64,000 nucleotides of DNA from an uncultured Planctomycetaceae bacterium (GCA_963833985.1 CAWIAD010000001.1:224001-288000); one strand, 5' to 3'. Counted from the stretch's first letter, positions 48,846 through 60,482 are shown. Numbers and translations are program-made. Notes: generated by a model from the letters alone, not told the origin.

Positions 48846-50264
48846 ATGGCAAGCGTTGAGAGAGCCCGCTCGCCGCGGCCGCGCGGCCTCCTGAGCCGGT
48901 TTGCCCGGGGGCTCGCCAGCGCCCTGGTGCCAACCGAACGCACCATTCTCACCCGCGAAGGCTGGTGCTACTTCGTGATGATGAGCGTGCTGCTGATCGC
49001 GGGGCTGTACCAGCAAGTGAACCTGATCTTGCTGGTCTCCACCCTGGCCGCCGGCCCCTTCCTGACCTCATGGATCGGCAGCCGAACGCTGCTGCGCCGA
49101 CTGTGCGTGCACCGCCGTGTCCCGGGCTACGTCTTCTCGGGCGATCCTCTGGTCGTCCATTACACGCTGGAGAACGGCCGGCGGTGGATGGCGGCTCTGG
49201 CGATGTTCATGGAAGACGCACTGGCCCCCGTCGACGGCGCAGCACCCGACTGGTCCATCGCGCCGCGGGTGTTCTTTCCCCGCGTGGCAGGGCGCGACCG
49301 CTCCACGGTGCGGTGGCAGACTGTCAGCCCGCGCCGGGGCAAGTACAGCTTCCAGGACCTGGACCTGGGAACGCGAGCCCCGTTTGGACTGGTCGAGCGG
49401 CGCGTGACGATCCCGCTCTCCGACGACCTGCTGGTTTACCCCAGGATCGGCCGCCTGACACGGCGGTGGTTCCAGCTCCAGCGTCAGGCCAGCGAGAACC
49501 GGATGGGCAAGCGACATGATCGCTCGTCGCAGCAGGAGGAGTATCACGGTCTGCGCGACTACCGCTCGGGAGATAACCCGCGGTGGATTCACTGGCGCAC
49601 CTCGGCACGCCGGGGCGAGCTCATGGTGAAGGAGTTCGAGCAGCAGAACGAGCAGGACCTGGCCATCCTGATCGACCCGTGGCTGCCCCGCACCAAGGTC
49701 GCCGCCGAGCTGCGCGAGGCCATGGAGCAGGCCGTTTCGTTCGCGGCGACGGTCTGCCTGGAGACGTGCCGGCGGCAAGGACGGCGGCTGATCCTGGGCT
49801 GGACCGGGGCCACACCGGAAGTCTGCCAGGGCCATGCCTCCGTGAAGCTGCTGCACGAGCTGCTGGAACGGCTGGCCCTGCTTCGGCCGGCCACGGAGGG
49901 GACGCTGGCCGAGCTGATCGACGTCCTGCCTTCGAGCGTGCTCCGCGACTCGCTGCTGGTCATCGTCTCCACGCGTCCGGTCAACCTGGCGGAGGAGGCC
50001 GAGCGGTCCACCCGGCTCTCCGGGTCGTCGTCGCGTAACCTGATGGCCAGGGCGATCGTGCTGGGCGTCACGCAGGGCGATCTCTCCGACCTGATCCAGG
50101 ATGCGGGAGCCAGCTCGAGGTTGCTGCTGGAGCAGCGATTTTCCTCGGCCGAGCAGGACCGGCTGACCAGCCAGGACGACCGCTTCAGAGCGGCTCAGCC
50201 CGGGGCCGACCCGCAGGTCTCGGGATCCGCCTTCCCGACCGCTGACGGAAAGGGGCGATCGTGA
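48846..50264 (+). CDS. DUF58 domain protein
   Basis: N-terminal TMs; GLRDYRSGDNPRWIHWRTSARRGELMVKEFE. Confidence 0.9.
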   Translation: MASVERARSPRPRGLLSRFARGLASALVPTERTILTREGWCYFVMMSVLLIAGLYQQVNLILLVSTLAAGPFLTSWIGSRTLLRRLCVHRRVPGYVFSGDPLVVHYTLENGRRWMAALAMFMEDALAPVDGAAPDWSIAPRVFFPRVAGRDRSTVRWQTVSPRRGKYSFQDLDLGTRAPFGLVERRVTIPLSDDLLVYPRIGRLTRRWFQLQRQASENRMGKRHDRSSQQEEYHGLRDYRSGDNPRWIHWRTSARRGELMVKEFEQQNEQDLAILIDPWLPRTKVAAELREAMEQAVSFAATVCLETCRRQGRRLILGWTGATPEVCQGHASVKLLHELLERLALLRPATEGTLAELIDVLPSSVLRDSLLVIVSTRPVNLAEEAERSTRLSGSSSRNLMARAIVLGVTQGDLSDLIQDAGASSRLLLEQRFSSAEQDRLTSQDDRFRAAQPGADPQVSGSAFPTADGKGRS

Positions 50265-52551
50265 CGAGTATTCTGATCTATCGCGCCAGCTTTTACCTGA
50301 TGCTGACCGTAGCCACGATGATCCTCTGCGGCGGAGGCAGCGATTCCCGTGTCGACGTGTTTCTTCCCGCCGTGATGTGCGTCGCGGGGGTGACCGCCTT
50401 CTTCTTCGTGGACCAGTCGCGCGGCTGGTGGCTGCCGCGCGACCTCGCCAACATCCTGGCCATTTGCACTCTGGGCCTGCTGTTCCTGGAATACCGGTCC
50501 GACGAGTTGCAGCTCATCCGCAGCCTGGGCCACTGGCTGGCCTACCTGCAATTGATCAAGTACTTCCGGCCCAAGAACGACGAGGACGACTGGTTCCTCT
50601 TTCTGCTGGGGCTGACCCAGGTGCTCATCGGCTCGGTGATCAACCAGGGAGACCTGGTCGGGCTCTGGCTGCTCTCGTGGGCGATCCTCTCGGTGTGGGT
50701 TCTGGGGCTCTTCTTCCTGGAGCGCGAGCTGCGCCGGTTCCGGATGGAGAGTGGCCCCGCGATCGCGACCGCGGCCAGCGAGCGATCGCGCGCCGCGCGC
50801 CGGCCTCCGGGCCCCTGGCGGACCCCTATCGCGGCCTCTTTGACATCCCCTACGCCGGCACCGCGCTGCGGGCCATGCTCGTCACTGTCCTGCTGGGGGG
50901 ACTGGTCTTCCTGTTGCTCCCGCGCCAGGCAGGCGCCACCCGGTCGCGTTCCTCGGGTTCGATGTCCAGGCACCTGACCGGCTTCGATGACGAGGTCAAG
51001 CTTGGTCAGCTCGGCGAGATCCTGGAGAATGACAGCATCGTGATGACCGTGGAGTTCTCCGACGAGACCAAAACGCTCATCCATCCCGCGGGCGAGCCTC
51101 TGTTCCGGGGAGTCACGCTCACCGAGTATGACCGCGGGCGCTGGAGGAGGCACGCCCGCACGCCGCAGACTATCGTCAGCCTGCCCTACTTTCGCAACTC
51201 CGGTCTGCGCCACAGGAGTATCATCCGCCAGATCATCAAGCTGGAACCAAACGATTCCGCCACGCTGTTTGCCCTGCGGCCGATCCTCGAGCTCTCCGCG
51301 TCCCCGCGCCTCCCGCCCTTTCTGAACCCGATCGACGGCACGATTTTCAGGCCCGAGCCGCGGGGCCCGTACGATTATGAAGTGATCTCCGACGCCAACT
51401 CCGAGGCCCCCCAGGAGAACGAGAATCCGATTACGCCCGCCTGGGTCGAGATCTTGCTCCAGATGCCCAAGGACCTGAAAGCGCGGTTCCGGCAGATCGC
51501 CCTGCCGCTGGTGCATGATCTCCCGGCCGAGGGAACCGAGGCCGTGACCGCGCGTTCGCGGGCACTGGAAACGTATCTGCGCGACTCCGGGCAGTTCGGC
51601 TACACCCTGGAAATGAACCGGGTCAACGCGACGATGGACCCCGTGGAGGACTTTCTGGTCAACCGCAAGAAAGGGCATTGCGAGTATTTCTCCAGCGCAC
51701 TGGCCCTGCTGCTGCGCTCGGTCGACATTCCCGCACGGGTGGTCAACGGGTTCAAGGGGGGCGACTGGAACGATCTGACGAAATCCATGAACGTGCGGCA
51801 GAAGCACGCGCACAGCTGGGTGGAGGCGTACGTTGGGCAGACGGAGAGCGGCGTCCCGCTCTGGATCACGCTCGACGCCACCCCGGTCTCCGATCGCGAC
51901 GTGTCAGTGGCCTCCGTGGGCGGCTTGACCACGAGCATCCGGCCGCTTGCCGACATGATTCGCTATGTCTGGGTCTTCTACATTCTGGGTTATGACGACA
52001 CGCGGCAGAATCGGCTGGTCTACACGCCGATCCGGACGACGATCCGCGAGGTACGCAACGGCTACGCCACGCTCTGGCTCTGGACGAAGCGGGCCTTCAG
52101 CCGCCTGTTCAATTTCCAGAGCCTCGGCTCGTTCGTGAGCATCAGGGGGTTCTTCGTCTCGTTCATCGTGCTGTCGCTTTTGGCCCTCGTGGTGAAGGTG
52201 GCCATTGCCCTGGGCCGGCTGCTCCTGAAGCTCTGGCGCGGGCCCGTCGATGATTCGGCGGGTCTGACCCCGGGTTTCCTGTTCTATCGGCGGCTGGCAC
52301 AATTGCTCGCCGATTACGACCTGGAACGGTCTCCCGCCGAGACCCAGAACGAGTTCGCCCTCCGTGCCAGCCGGTTCCTGAGCAGCCGGCTGGCGGGCGT
52401 GCAGGAAGTAGCCTACGTGCCTCACAAGATTGTCGAGGCGTTCTACCAGGTGCGATTCGGCCACCGCGACCTTGACGCCGACAGGCTCAGGATACTGGAG
52501 GAGGATCTCGACCTCCTTCAGGCACGGCTCCTTCAAAATCAAGATCAGTAA
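50261..52551 (+). CDS. DUF3488 plus transglutaminase (TgpA-like) membrane protein (frameshift about 50770-50815)
   Basis: TM-rich N-terminus in frame 50261; GHCEYFSSA...ARVVNGF...HAHSWVEAY...LDATP in frame 50377. Confidence 0.85.
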
Positions 52552-52565
52552 AGGATCGGCGTGGC

Positions 52566-53588
52566 ATGCGCGTGGGACTCGTGGGATTCTCGGGTAGCGG
52601 CAAAAGCACCCTTTTCCAGCTCTTGACCGGAACCGGCTCCGATCCGGGCAAGGTCCATTCCGGACAGGTCGGAGTGGCCGTGCTGGCCGATCCGCGGCTT
52701 GATTTTCTGGCGTCGCTGCATGCGCCCAAGAAGGTCACCCGTGCCACGGTCGAGTTCCTGGATACGGCGGGCCTGATGCCGGGCACCCACGGCGACAACC
52801 CGCAACGGCTGGCGGTCATCCGCGAGGGCGATGCCCTCTTGATCGTGCTCGACGGCTTCCGCGGCGGAGATCCGGGCGCCGAGCTGGCCTCGTTCCGCGA
52901 GGAGATACTCTTCGCCGATCTGGGCGTGGTCACCAACCGGGTCGAGCGGCTGGAGGCCAGCGTCAAGAAGCACCGGCCGGACTGGGAGGCTCAGGAAAAG
53001 GAGCTCGCCATCGTCAAGCGCGTGCAGGCCGCGCTCGAGGACAGCCAGTTCGTCGCCACGCTGGGGCTCTCCGCCGATGAGAAAAAGCCGCTTCGCTCCT
53101 TCGGCCTGCTCACCGACAAGCCACAGGTGGTCGTCCTCAATGCTCCCCAGGGCGCGCCCGTCCCCGCCTCTTTGCTCGCGATTGCCCCTGACGCCTTTTC
53201 CATCGACGCCAAGCTGGAGCTGGAGCTGTCAGAGCTGGACCCGCAGGAACGCCAGGCATTCATGACCGACCTGGGCGTGACCGAGCTGGGGCGCGACCGG
53301 ATCATCCGGGCCGCTTATGACGCGGTGGGCATCATCACCTTCTTCACGGCCGGAGAGCCTGAAGTCCGGGGCTGGAACCTGGAACGCGACGCCACAGCCG
53401 TGGAGGCGGCCGGCAAGATCCACACCGACCTGGCCCGCGGGTTCATCCGCGCCGAGGTCACCGCCTTTGACGAACTGCACTCGGCCGGCAGCCTGAAGGA
53501 GGCCAAGACCAGGCGTCTGCAACGTCTGGAGGGCAAAGAATACATCGTCAAGGACGGCGATATCATCTACTTCCGCAGCTCCGTGTGA
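52566..53588 (+). CDS. YchF/OLA1-like P-loop NTPase (divergent paralogue)
   Basis: GSGKST; DTAGL; LLTDKP; TFFTAGEPEVRGW; AAGKIHTDLARGFIRAE; RLEGKEYIVKDGD. Confidence 0.88.
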   Translation: MRVGLVGFSGSGKSTLFQLLTGTGSDPGKVHSGQVGVAVLADPRLDFLASLHAPKKVTRATVEFLDTAGLMPGTHGDNPQRLAVIREGDALLIVLDGFRGGDPGAELASFREEILFADLGVVTNRVERLEASVKKHRPDWEAQEKELAIVKRVQAALEDSQFVATLGLSADEKKPLRSFGLLTDKPQVVVLNAPQGAPVPASLLAIAPDAFSIDAKLELELSELDPQERQAFMTDLGVTELGRDRIIRAAYDAVGIITFFTAGEPEVRGWNLERDATAVEAAGKIHTDLARGFIRAEVTAFDELHSAGSLKEAKTRRLQRLEGKEYIVKDGDIIYFRSSV

Positions 53589-53672
53589 ACACGGCCGGGC
53601 AGGTCGCCCAAACACCGCTTGAACCGCGCGTCTCGCGCGGGTCGAGGTCTGTCCGGGACCGCGACGTCCCCC

Positions 53673-54512
53673 TCACGGAGCCGGCGTACGCAGCACCAGC
53701 CCCGCGGCCAGCGAAGCATTCCTTCGGGGCAAGACGTCGCGGTTGGCCTTCCATAGCAGCTCGACCTCGTCGGTCGTGCCATACACTCTCATGCTCACTT
53801 CTTCCAGCGTCTCTCCATCCTTCACGGTGGTGAACGCCGAGCGGCGGCCCTGTGGCGCCGTGGCCGGATCCAAGACGCGGGTGGAACGCGCCGGCCGCTG
53901 GGTCTCGACGGCAGGAGCTGCCGGTTTCGGTGTGCTCGCCGCCTCGGGTGCGGGCGCCGCAGCAGCCGTGATGGAAGCGACCGCGGCAGGCGACGATGGC
54001 GGCGGTTCGCCCTCCTGCTGCTGACGGGAAGCTGCCTCCGGTTGCGGCGCGGCGCGCTCGGCCGCGGGCATCTCTGCTGACGGCGCGGCATGCTCGGCCG
54101 CGGGCATTTCCGGTGACGGCGCGGCACGCTCGGCCGCGGGTATCTCCGGTGACGGCGCGGAGCTTGCCGCGGGCGTCTCGGGTGCGACGGCCCTTTCCGG
54201 CGCCGCGCTGCTCGCGGAAGGCTCTGGCTTCGATGCCGGTTCCGGCGCCGGACTGACCGTCGTCGTGGGTGCTCCTGGCGCTGGTTCCGCGTGATCCGCG
54301 GGCGTTCCGCTCGGCTTGATCTCGGGAGTTTCCGGCCCAACGGCCTGGGGCTGTACCCGCGGAGCCATGGGCGGAGCGCTCGCCCCGGAGGCGTGTGCGC
54401 TCCCGGCGCCGCGAGCCGAGACGCGAGGGCGGTCGCACTCGTGAAGCACGATGGAGAAGACGCAGACGATAAGCACGCTCAAGATCATGCTCGGGATGAC
54501 CTGACGATTCAT
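53673..54512 (-). CDS. Membrane-anchored Pro/Ala-rich protein with C-terminal LysM-like domain
   Basis: TM MILSVLIVCVFSIVL; 12-aa repeats APS[PA]E[IM]PAAE[RH]A; TVKDGETLEEVSMRVYG...LWKANRD. Confidence 0.8.
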   Translation of the reverse strand: MNRQVIPSMILSVLIVCVFSIVLHECDRPRVSARGAGSAHASGASAPPMAPRVQPQAVGPETPEIKPSGTPADHAEPAPGAPTTTVSPAPEPASKPEPSASSAAPERAVAPETPAASSAPSPEIPAAERAAPSPEMPAAEHAAPSAEMPAAERAAPQPEAASRQQQEGEPPPSSPAAVASITAAAAPAPEAASTPKPAAPAVETQRPARSTRVLDPATAPQGRRSAFTTVKDGETLEEVSMRVYGTTDEVELLWKANRDVLPRRNASLAAGLVLRTPAP

Positions 54513-54658
54513 GGCTGTACGCTCGGGATGCAGGTTCGGCGGCGAGTCGAATCGAATGAGCCTTTCACTGTATCGACACGGCAACGCCCGCACTTGAGCC
54601 CGATTCTTGAGCAGCCAGGGCCCGGGCCCCCGGCGCCGGGGCTCCAGGCCGCCGCGCG

Positions 54659-55240
54659 TCAGTTGAACTCGCGACCACCAAGCAGGGCCTTCACCGCGGC
54701 CAGGTACTTCCGGAAGGGCTCGGTGTAGACCGAGTCGGCGGTTGGCCGGCCGGGATAGTGATTGCTGCCCATGGAGCGGATGCTGCGTCCGCCCTGGCGC
54801 AGCTCCAGCATCCAGCGGGTACCGTCGGTAAGGTTGGGAGGGTTCGGATAATTGGTTTGCCACTGCCAGACGCCGGCCTCGTCGATGGCCTTCCAGAACC
54901 GCCGCCACTCTTCTTGGGTAGGCTTGATTCCCCTCTGGGTTTCCTCCTTCACGCCGGGTGCTTCAGCAACGGGACGCGAAACGCGATACGTCAGTGTGTC
55001 GCCTTCCAGGTTGACAGCATATGTCACACCCGGGAATCCCCCGATCGAGACCATCAACCGGTCGGGGAGTCCGGCGGCATGAAGCTGTTTCCCGGGAGCC
55101 GCTGGGCGGGCGGGTGGTGGTTGTGCCTGGGCCTGAGCGTTTGTCCGAGGCTGCGCCAGCAAGACAATCCCGGTCACACAGACCGCGAAGGATGCACCGT
55201 GGATCCACAACCGTGAGGTGAGCGCCCTGTGCCGCTTCAT
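54659..55240 (-). CDS. Secreted hypothetical protein
   Basis: Signal-like N-terminus; globular domain with DGTRWMLEL...GSN.YP. Confidence 0.65.
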   Translation of the reverse strand: MKRHRALTSRLWIHGASFAVCVTGIVLLAQPRTNAQAQAQPPPARPAAPGKQLHAAGLPDRLMVSIGGFPGVTYAVNLEGDTLTYRVSRPVAEAPGVKEETQRGIKPTQEEWRRFWKAIDEAGVWQWQTNYPNPPNLTDGTRWMLELRQGGRSIRSMGSNHYPGRPTADSVYTEPFRKYLAAVKALLGGREFN

Positions 55241-55368
55241 GGGTCAATCCTCGTCTGGGAATTCGCCGGACGTGCCGTGACGCTACTCTACTGCCGCACG
55301 TTGAAGTACGCTATGAGGAAACCGAGGTTCGACCGATTGCGCCTGGACCTTTCGAGATCGGGGCCACC

Positions 55369-57624
55369 ATGGATCGCAAGGCAGACTCTCCCGCGGTGCG
55401 CAGCGCCGGCAACTCCCGCTGGCGTACTTCGGGTTGCGGCGTGCTCGTGTGCCTCGCGCTCTGCGTCCTGCCGCCGTCTCTGGTCCAGGCACAGTCCCCT
55501 GCCCCGCCGGATGGGCGGCCCTGGTTCGGGCGGTCACTGGTCGGCATGGAGGTCGGCCCCACGGGCGCGCAGTCCGGCAGCGACCCTGGTGATACCGGCT
55601 ACGCCGCGCACTTCGACGGCCGCCAGATTGTGAAGAAGTGCGCGGCGGCCGGATGCGATTACGTGGTGATCTGGGCAAGGGATGGCGAGTACGCCTATTA
55701 CAATTCCAAAGTCATGCCCAGGTGCCCTGGCCTGGGTGTCCGCGATCCCTTGCGCGAAGCCGTCGCCGAAGGCCGTCGGCAGGGGCTTCCCATCATTGCC
55801 TACTGCGTTGTGCAGCAGGGAGGACACTACCTTGACGCGCATCCGGAGTTCGCCATGCGGGGCAGCGACGGCCAGCGCCTGGGCCGGTACTGCTACAATT
55901 CCGGTTACCTGTCGACCATGAAGCAACTGACGACCGAGATGCTGGCTTACGGGATTGACGGCTTCCACATCGACATGCTTGACCAGGGCTTTGGCCCGCC
56001 CTGCGGCTGCTGGTGCAACAACTGCCGGCGCGGGTTCGAGGCCGCCTATCACCGGCCGATGCCGTCTGGTGTCACCTGGGACGCCGACTGGGAGCGGATG
56101 CTCGAATTCCGCTATGCCTCGAGCCAGAGGTTCGAGCGCGAACTGAACGACCATATCCACCGCGTGAATCCGAAAGCGACCGTTGATTTCAACTATCATG
56201 GCAACCCGCCGTTCTCCTGGGAGGTTGGCCAGCGGCCCGTACAGCATGCGGCCAACGGCGACTTCGTCACCGGCGAGACGGGCGTCTGGGGTTTCAGTGC
56301 CCTGGGCGTGGGACTGAACGCCGAGTTCTACCGTGCGGCCACTCCCGGCTTGCCATTCCAGGTGGCCATGCAGCGCGGGGTGCGCATGTACCACGACCAG
56401 ACCACGCGGCCGATTCAAGACATGCGCTGGGAGCTGCTCACCCTGCTGGCCCACGGCGCGTTCGTGACCATGGTGGACAAGACCGCGTACGACGGCTGGC
56501 TTGACCCTGTGGCCTACGACCGCATCGGCGTGGCATTTCGCGATGCCAAAGCCCGGCGCAGCAGCTTCGCCGGCCGGCCGTTGCAGGACGTGGCGATCTA
56601 CTTCTCCAGCCGCAGCCGTGACTGGTTCGGCCGCGACGAGCCGGCGAAGTACTTCCAGGGGTTTCAGGGCGCACACCAGGCCATGGTGCTGGAGCATCTC
56701 CCCTGGGGCGTGGTCCTTGACGAGAATGTCACCCTGGACCGCCTGCAATCGTTTCCCGTGGTCTTGCTGCCGAACGTGGCGATCCTCAGCGAGCCCGAGA
56801 TCGGCTTGCTGCGGCGCTATGTGGAGCAGGGCGGATCGCTCATCGTGACCGGCTGGACGGGGATGTTCGGTCCCCGCGGTGAGCCGCTCGGCCGGACCAC
56901 GCTCGAGCCGCTCCTTGGCGCCCGGCTCGTCCGCCGGCTCGATTCGCGCGATAACCACTTTCGTCTGGCCCAGCCAGGAAAGTCGGTTCCGGAGCTCGCG
57001 ACCCTGGCCGCGCAGATCCAGCCCGACTGGCCCTTCCTGGTCGAAGGCCCGGCGGCGGTGTATGAGCCGACGACGGCGACAACCATGGGAGAGCTGCTGG
57101 CGCCCCATCGCACGGTCCGCCAGCGCCAGGGCAAGGAAGGGACGGACTGGCCGATGAGCGCCGGGGCACGGGTCGGCCCGGCCGTCTTGCTCAACACGGT
57201 GTGCAAGGGTCGAGTCCTCACGTTCGCCGGCTCTCCTGATGCCGCCACCGCCGGAGAGCATCACATCGTCGAGTGTCGCAAGCTGCTCGCCGGCGCCGTT
57301 CGCGCGCTGCACTCACAGCCCCACCTGCGGATCGAGGCCCCGGCATTCGTGGAGACGGTCGCAATCGACGATGCCGCGTCCAGGCAGGTTCATGTGCACC
57401 TCATTGCCTATGCGCCCACGCCGGCGACCACGCCGCCCCGGAATCGGCCTTACGTCGTACCCGGGCTCATCGAGGACGCGCCACTGTTCAGGGCGCGGAT
57501 TCACCTGCAAGTCGATCCCAGGAATGTGCGGCCCTACACCCGCGCGACGCGTGTCGAGGTAAGCGGAAACTCGATCGATGTCCTGATCAACGACATCCAC
57601 GAGGCGGTGACAATCGGGTATTAA
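55369..57624 (+). CDS. Secreted glycoside hydrolase (GHL6/GH42-like TIM barrel plus beta-galactosidase trimerisation domain)
   Basis: YGIDGFHIDM; GCWCNNC; VLLPNVAILS...YVEQGGSLIVTG. Confidence 0.8.
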   Translation: MDRKADSPAVRSAGNSRWRTSGCGVLVCLALCVLPPSLVQAQSPAPPDGRPWFGRSLVGMEVGPTGAQSGSDPGDTGYAAHFDGRQIVKKCAAAGCDYVVIWARDGEYAYYNSKVMPRCPGLGVRDPLREAVAEGRRQGLPIIAYCVVQQGGHYLDAHPEFAMRGSDGQRLGRYCYNSGYLSTMKQLTTEMLAYGIDGFHIDMLDQGFGPPCGCWCNNCRRGFEAAYHRPMPSGVTWDADWERMLEFRYASSQRFERELNDHIHRVNPKATVDFNYHGNPPFSWEVGQRPVQHAANGDFVTGETGVWGFSALGVGLNAEFYRAATPGLPFQVAMQRGVRMYHDQTTRPIQDMRWELLTLLAHGAFVTMVDKTAYDGWLDPVAYDRIGVAFRDAKARRSSFAGRPLQDVAIYFSSRSRDWFGRDEPAKYFQGFQGAHQAMVLEHLPWGVVLDENVTLDRLQSFPVVLLPNVAILSEPEIGLLRRYVEQGGSLIVTGWTGMFGPRGEPLGRTTLEPLLGARLVRRLDSRDNHFRLAQPGKSVPELATLAAQIQPDWPFLVEGPAAVYEPTTATTMGELLAPHRTVRQRQGKEGTDWPMSAGARVGPAVLLNTVCKGRVLTFAGSPDAATAGEHHIVECRKLLAGAVRALHSQPHLRIEAPAFVETVAIDDAASRQVHVHLIAYAPTPATTPPRNRPYVVPGLIEDAPLFRARIHLQVDPRNVRPYTRATRVEVSGNSIDVLINDIHEAVTIGY

Positions 57625-58341
57625 ACCGCAGCACCAGGCCCTTTGGATTGGCCGTCCCCTGCCCGCGAGCCCTGGTCTTGCGCGGCCGATCCGTGAGCGG
57701 GGTGATTCGTGACATGCGCGGGCGCCACCTGGTCGCGGGCGAGGCGCGGGTCCGCGACCGGCTCGCCGGCGACTGTCCGGAGCGGCAGCACTCCGGCCCA
57801 GACCGGCAGCGCGTAATCCTCCTCGTCATCGATGGGCGGGCCCGTGCGTGCCTTGGCCGAGGCCTCGTCGATCGGCAGCGCCAGCACGAGCGTGGCCTTG
57901 AGCTCTTGCGGCGACGGCACGCGCACTTCCTGCCACCGGCCCGGGATGAGGTGGTCCGACAGGCCGTGCAGGGCACGCCCCTTCTCCCCGGGGTCGTCCA
58001 CCAGCCGCGCTGTTCCAAAGACCACCGCCGAACGGTAATTCATGGAATGGTGAAACGCCGAGCGGGCGAGCACGAGGCCGTCCAGCAGCGTGACCGTGAC
58101 GCAGACGGGCACGCCCTGCCCCATCGTCCTGAGCATCCGGCTGGCGGGCGAGCCGTGGAAGTAAAGAGTCTCGCCGATCCGTACGTGGATCGTCGGGATC
58201 ACGTACGGCTGGCCGTCGACCACGAAGCCCACATGGCAGATGAGGCCCTCGTCGAGGATCGCGTGAATGGCCGCCTCGTCGTAGACCGCGCTTGGGGAGG
58301 CGGCGAACCGTGCTGCGGTCGGTACGAGGCGTCTCGTCCAT
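57621..58341 (-). CDS. Pyridoxamine 5'-phosphate oxidase family flavin-binding protein (frameshift near 58290)
   Basis: MDETPRTDRSTVRRLPKR followed by AVYDEAAIHAILDEGLICHVG; LARSAFHHSMNYRS; PVWAGVLP. Confidence 0.85.
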
Positions 58342-59765
58342 GGTTCAAAGCACTCCTCTTCGGTCTCGTGCCAGGCGTTCAATGGGTTCCGGCATCGCCC
58401 GCGCGGGAACGCGCCACGCTTCCCTCCCTGAGCCGCAGGCTGCCTCATGGACACGCGGCGCGGAGGCAAGGTTCTACATCGAGACGGACAAACGACGAAC
58501 AGGCCGGTTTTTCGGGCCAGGCGTGTCTCGAGTATATCGCGAAACCGCCGGACATGGAGTGGGTCCAACGAACCCGTCCAGGCCCTTTCCGTCTCCCTCC
58601 GGCAGCGAGCCTCCGGCACCGGCCGCACCGGCACGTTCCCGTCATGGCCATCACCACGAGTCCCTCCCCGGCCCGATTGGGTTCGTTTTTCGACGACGAG
58701 CCCGAAGCCATTTGACGTTAATCCTTTGTTGCGAATGCTTTAAAGGAAATCTCATTGGCTTCGTTCAAGGAATCTTCCACGCATGGCCACGGCGATCCAC
58801 AGGCAGGGCGGGTCGAGCGGAGCGAGGCCCGCCGCCTGGCAGAGCCTTGCGTTCGTCCGGTAGCACCCGCTCTGCAAGGCTTGAGACGTTGCCCCGCGTT
58901 CGGATCTTTTCTCGAGCGGACTCGCCGCTCTCTCGCCCTGCAACGAGCTGAGACAGGGCCGGACCTCCGCGCGCCGCCGGGTCCCGGCGGCGCGCCTGGT
59001 TGTCACAAACAACCACATTGTCAAAGAGCCTGCGCATTGCACCGTCATGATGAGTCTACGGTGAAATCGACAGGCACATCGAAAATGCCGTCGCGACACA
59101 CGAGCGATGGGCCGAAAGACGGGAAAAACCTCACGAGTACGAAACTCGGGAGAATCCGCTTGATCCGCGTTGCCGCGTTGAACAAGAATTGGGAAGCGAC
59201 CCGTCATCGACCGGCTTCATTCGAGACGGCCTTCTGAACTGGATTCCCGGAATGGTGAGCGCGGAGATCAGGCCCAGCGCAACGCGGTCTGGTGGCCCAG
59301 GTACTCGCCGCCGGAGGGCCTGTTACGCTCAAACCAACTGTCGATCGACACGACCTCGGATTCGAGCATCGGTACGTTGACGGATGCGAACCACGAGCCT
59401 CCTCGATACTTCGGTCCGGGACCGCGACGGAAAAGGGAAACCACTGATATCGACCGCACTGGATTGTGGGTGCCGTATCGTACAGCAGCTAAAGTTTCTC
59501 GGCGCTGTGGCGATAGACGCGGCATAAGCGGGGTATAAGAACGTGCTTAGCGGGCATCGAGAGGTGCTCCCGCAACTGATGGAGCAGCGAGAAAGGCTCG
59601 GTGGCGATGTGGGGCCGTCGAAGCTACCTGGATGATAGGCATCGAGCTGTGATTGTGCATTTTTTCTTGGAAACTACTGATAGGACGACCCGACGCGGCC
59701 TCAGAGTTCGCTTTATAATGGCAATATTTGACCTGATTGGACTTCGAGCCGTTGGAGATTGACCG

Positions 59766-60482
59766 GTGGGCAAAGTCATCGATTCGATTCAGTATCACGT
59801 ATGGTCTGATGCTCTGCACGCGCGAGAATTGGCCCGACAAACACGAGACCCTTGGGATCGGGGGGCGTACGTTCGCTGGGCGATTCAGACCGCCTGGACC
59901 GCCTTCGAGAACGTCTGCATGGACACTTTGGGAGCACGCGATCTTGGGATGCGCTTCAAAGAGCATTTTAATGAAGCCGTCCACGCCAAGGGTGTCGCAA
60001 AAGTCGAGTGGGGGAAAGGTATCTGGCAGAGACTTCTCGACGTTTACGCTGTCCGAAAAGAATTCGTGCATGTGATCCCTAGCATCTCTCATGATCGGCT
60101 CCTGACGCCCGTAGAAGAGGCCGATACGACGATCGAGATCCTGCGCAAGGGTATCAAGGCTGTTTGCGACTTGACTGGGGACCCGCATCCTCCCTGGCTT
60201 GCGGATGACTCGGACCAGGGCTGACATGGAAGTAAAGTGGGATTTGGAACTGCCCAGTGCTGTGTGCTCCGGGGCGGAGTTTCCAAGGATGATCCGGAGG
60301 CAGTTCGCATTACGTTCGATCACGGAGGTCGGGAGCACACCAGTGAGATCGCCCCGCCCGGAACGCCGCATGGCCCCTTACTCGATAAGCTAATACGTGG
60401 GTTAAACGTCCCAGTCCGTGCCGTGCGGGCTTTCCAGGGGAACGAGCTCCTTGAGGAGCGTCATCCAAATATCCGGGGTTGA
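59766..60482 (+). pseudogene. HEPN-like protein with a single in-frame TGA at 60222-60224
   Basis: ORFs 59766 and 60237 share a frame; AWTAFE...RKEFVH (Rx4H); GGAG RBS; lower GC. Confidence 0.55.

Noticed and set aside
47809..52551. MoxR-DUF58-transglutaminase operon as a novel system
   Set aside because: A widespread, already described gene triad
60222..60224. Selenocysteine recoding of the in-frame TGA
   Set aside because: No obvious SECIS hairpin or redox motif; a Trp nonsense mutation is simpler
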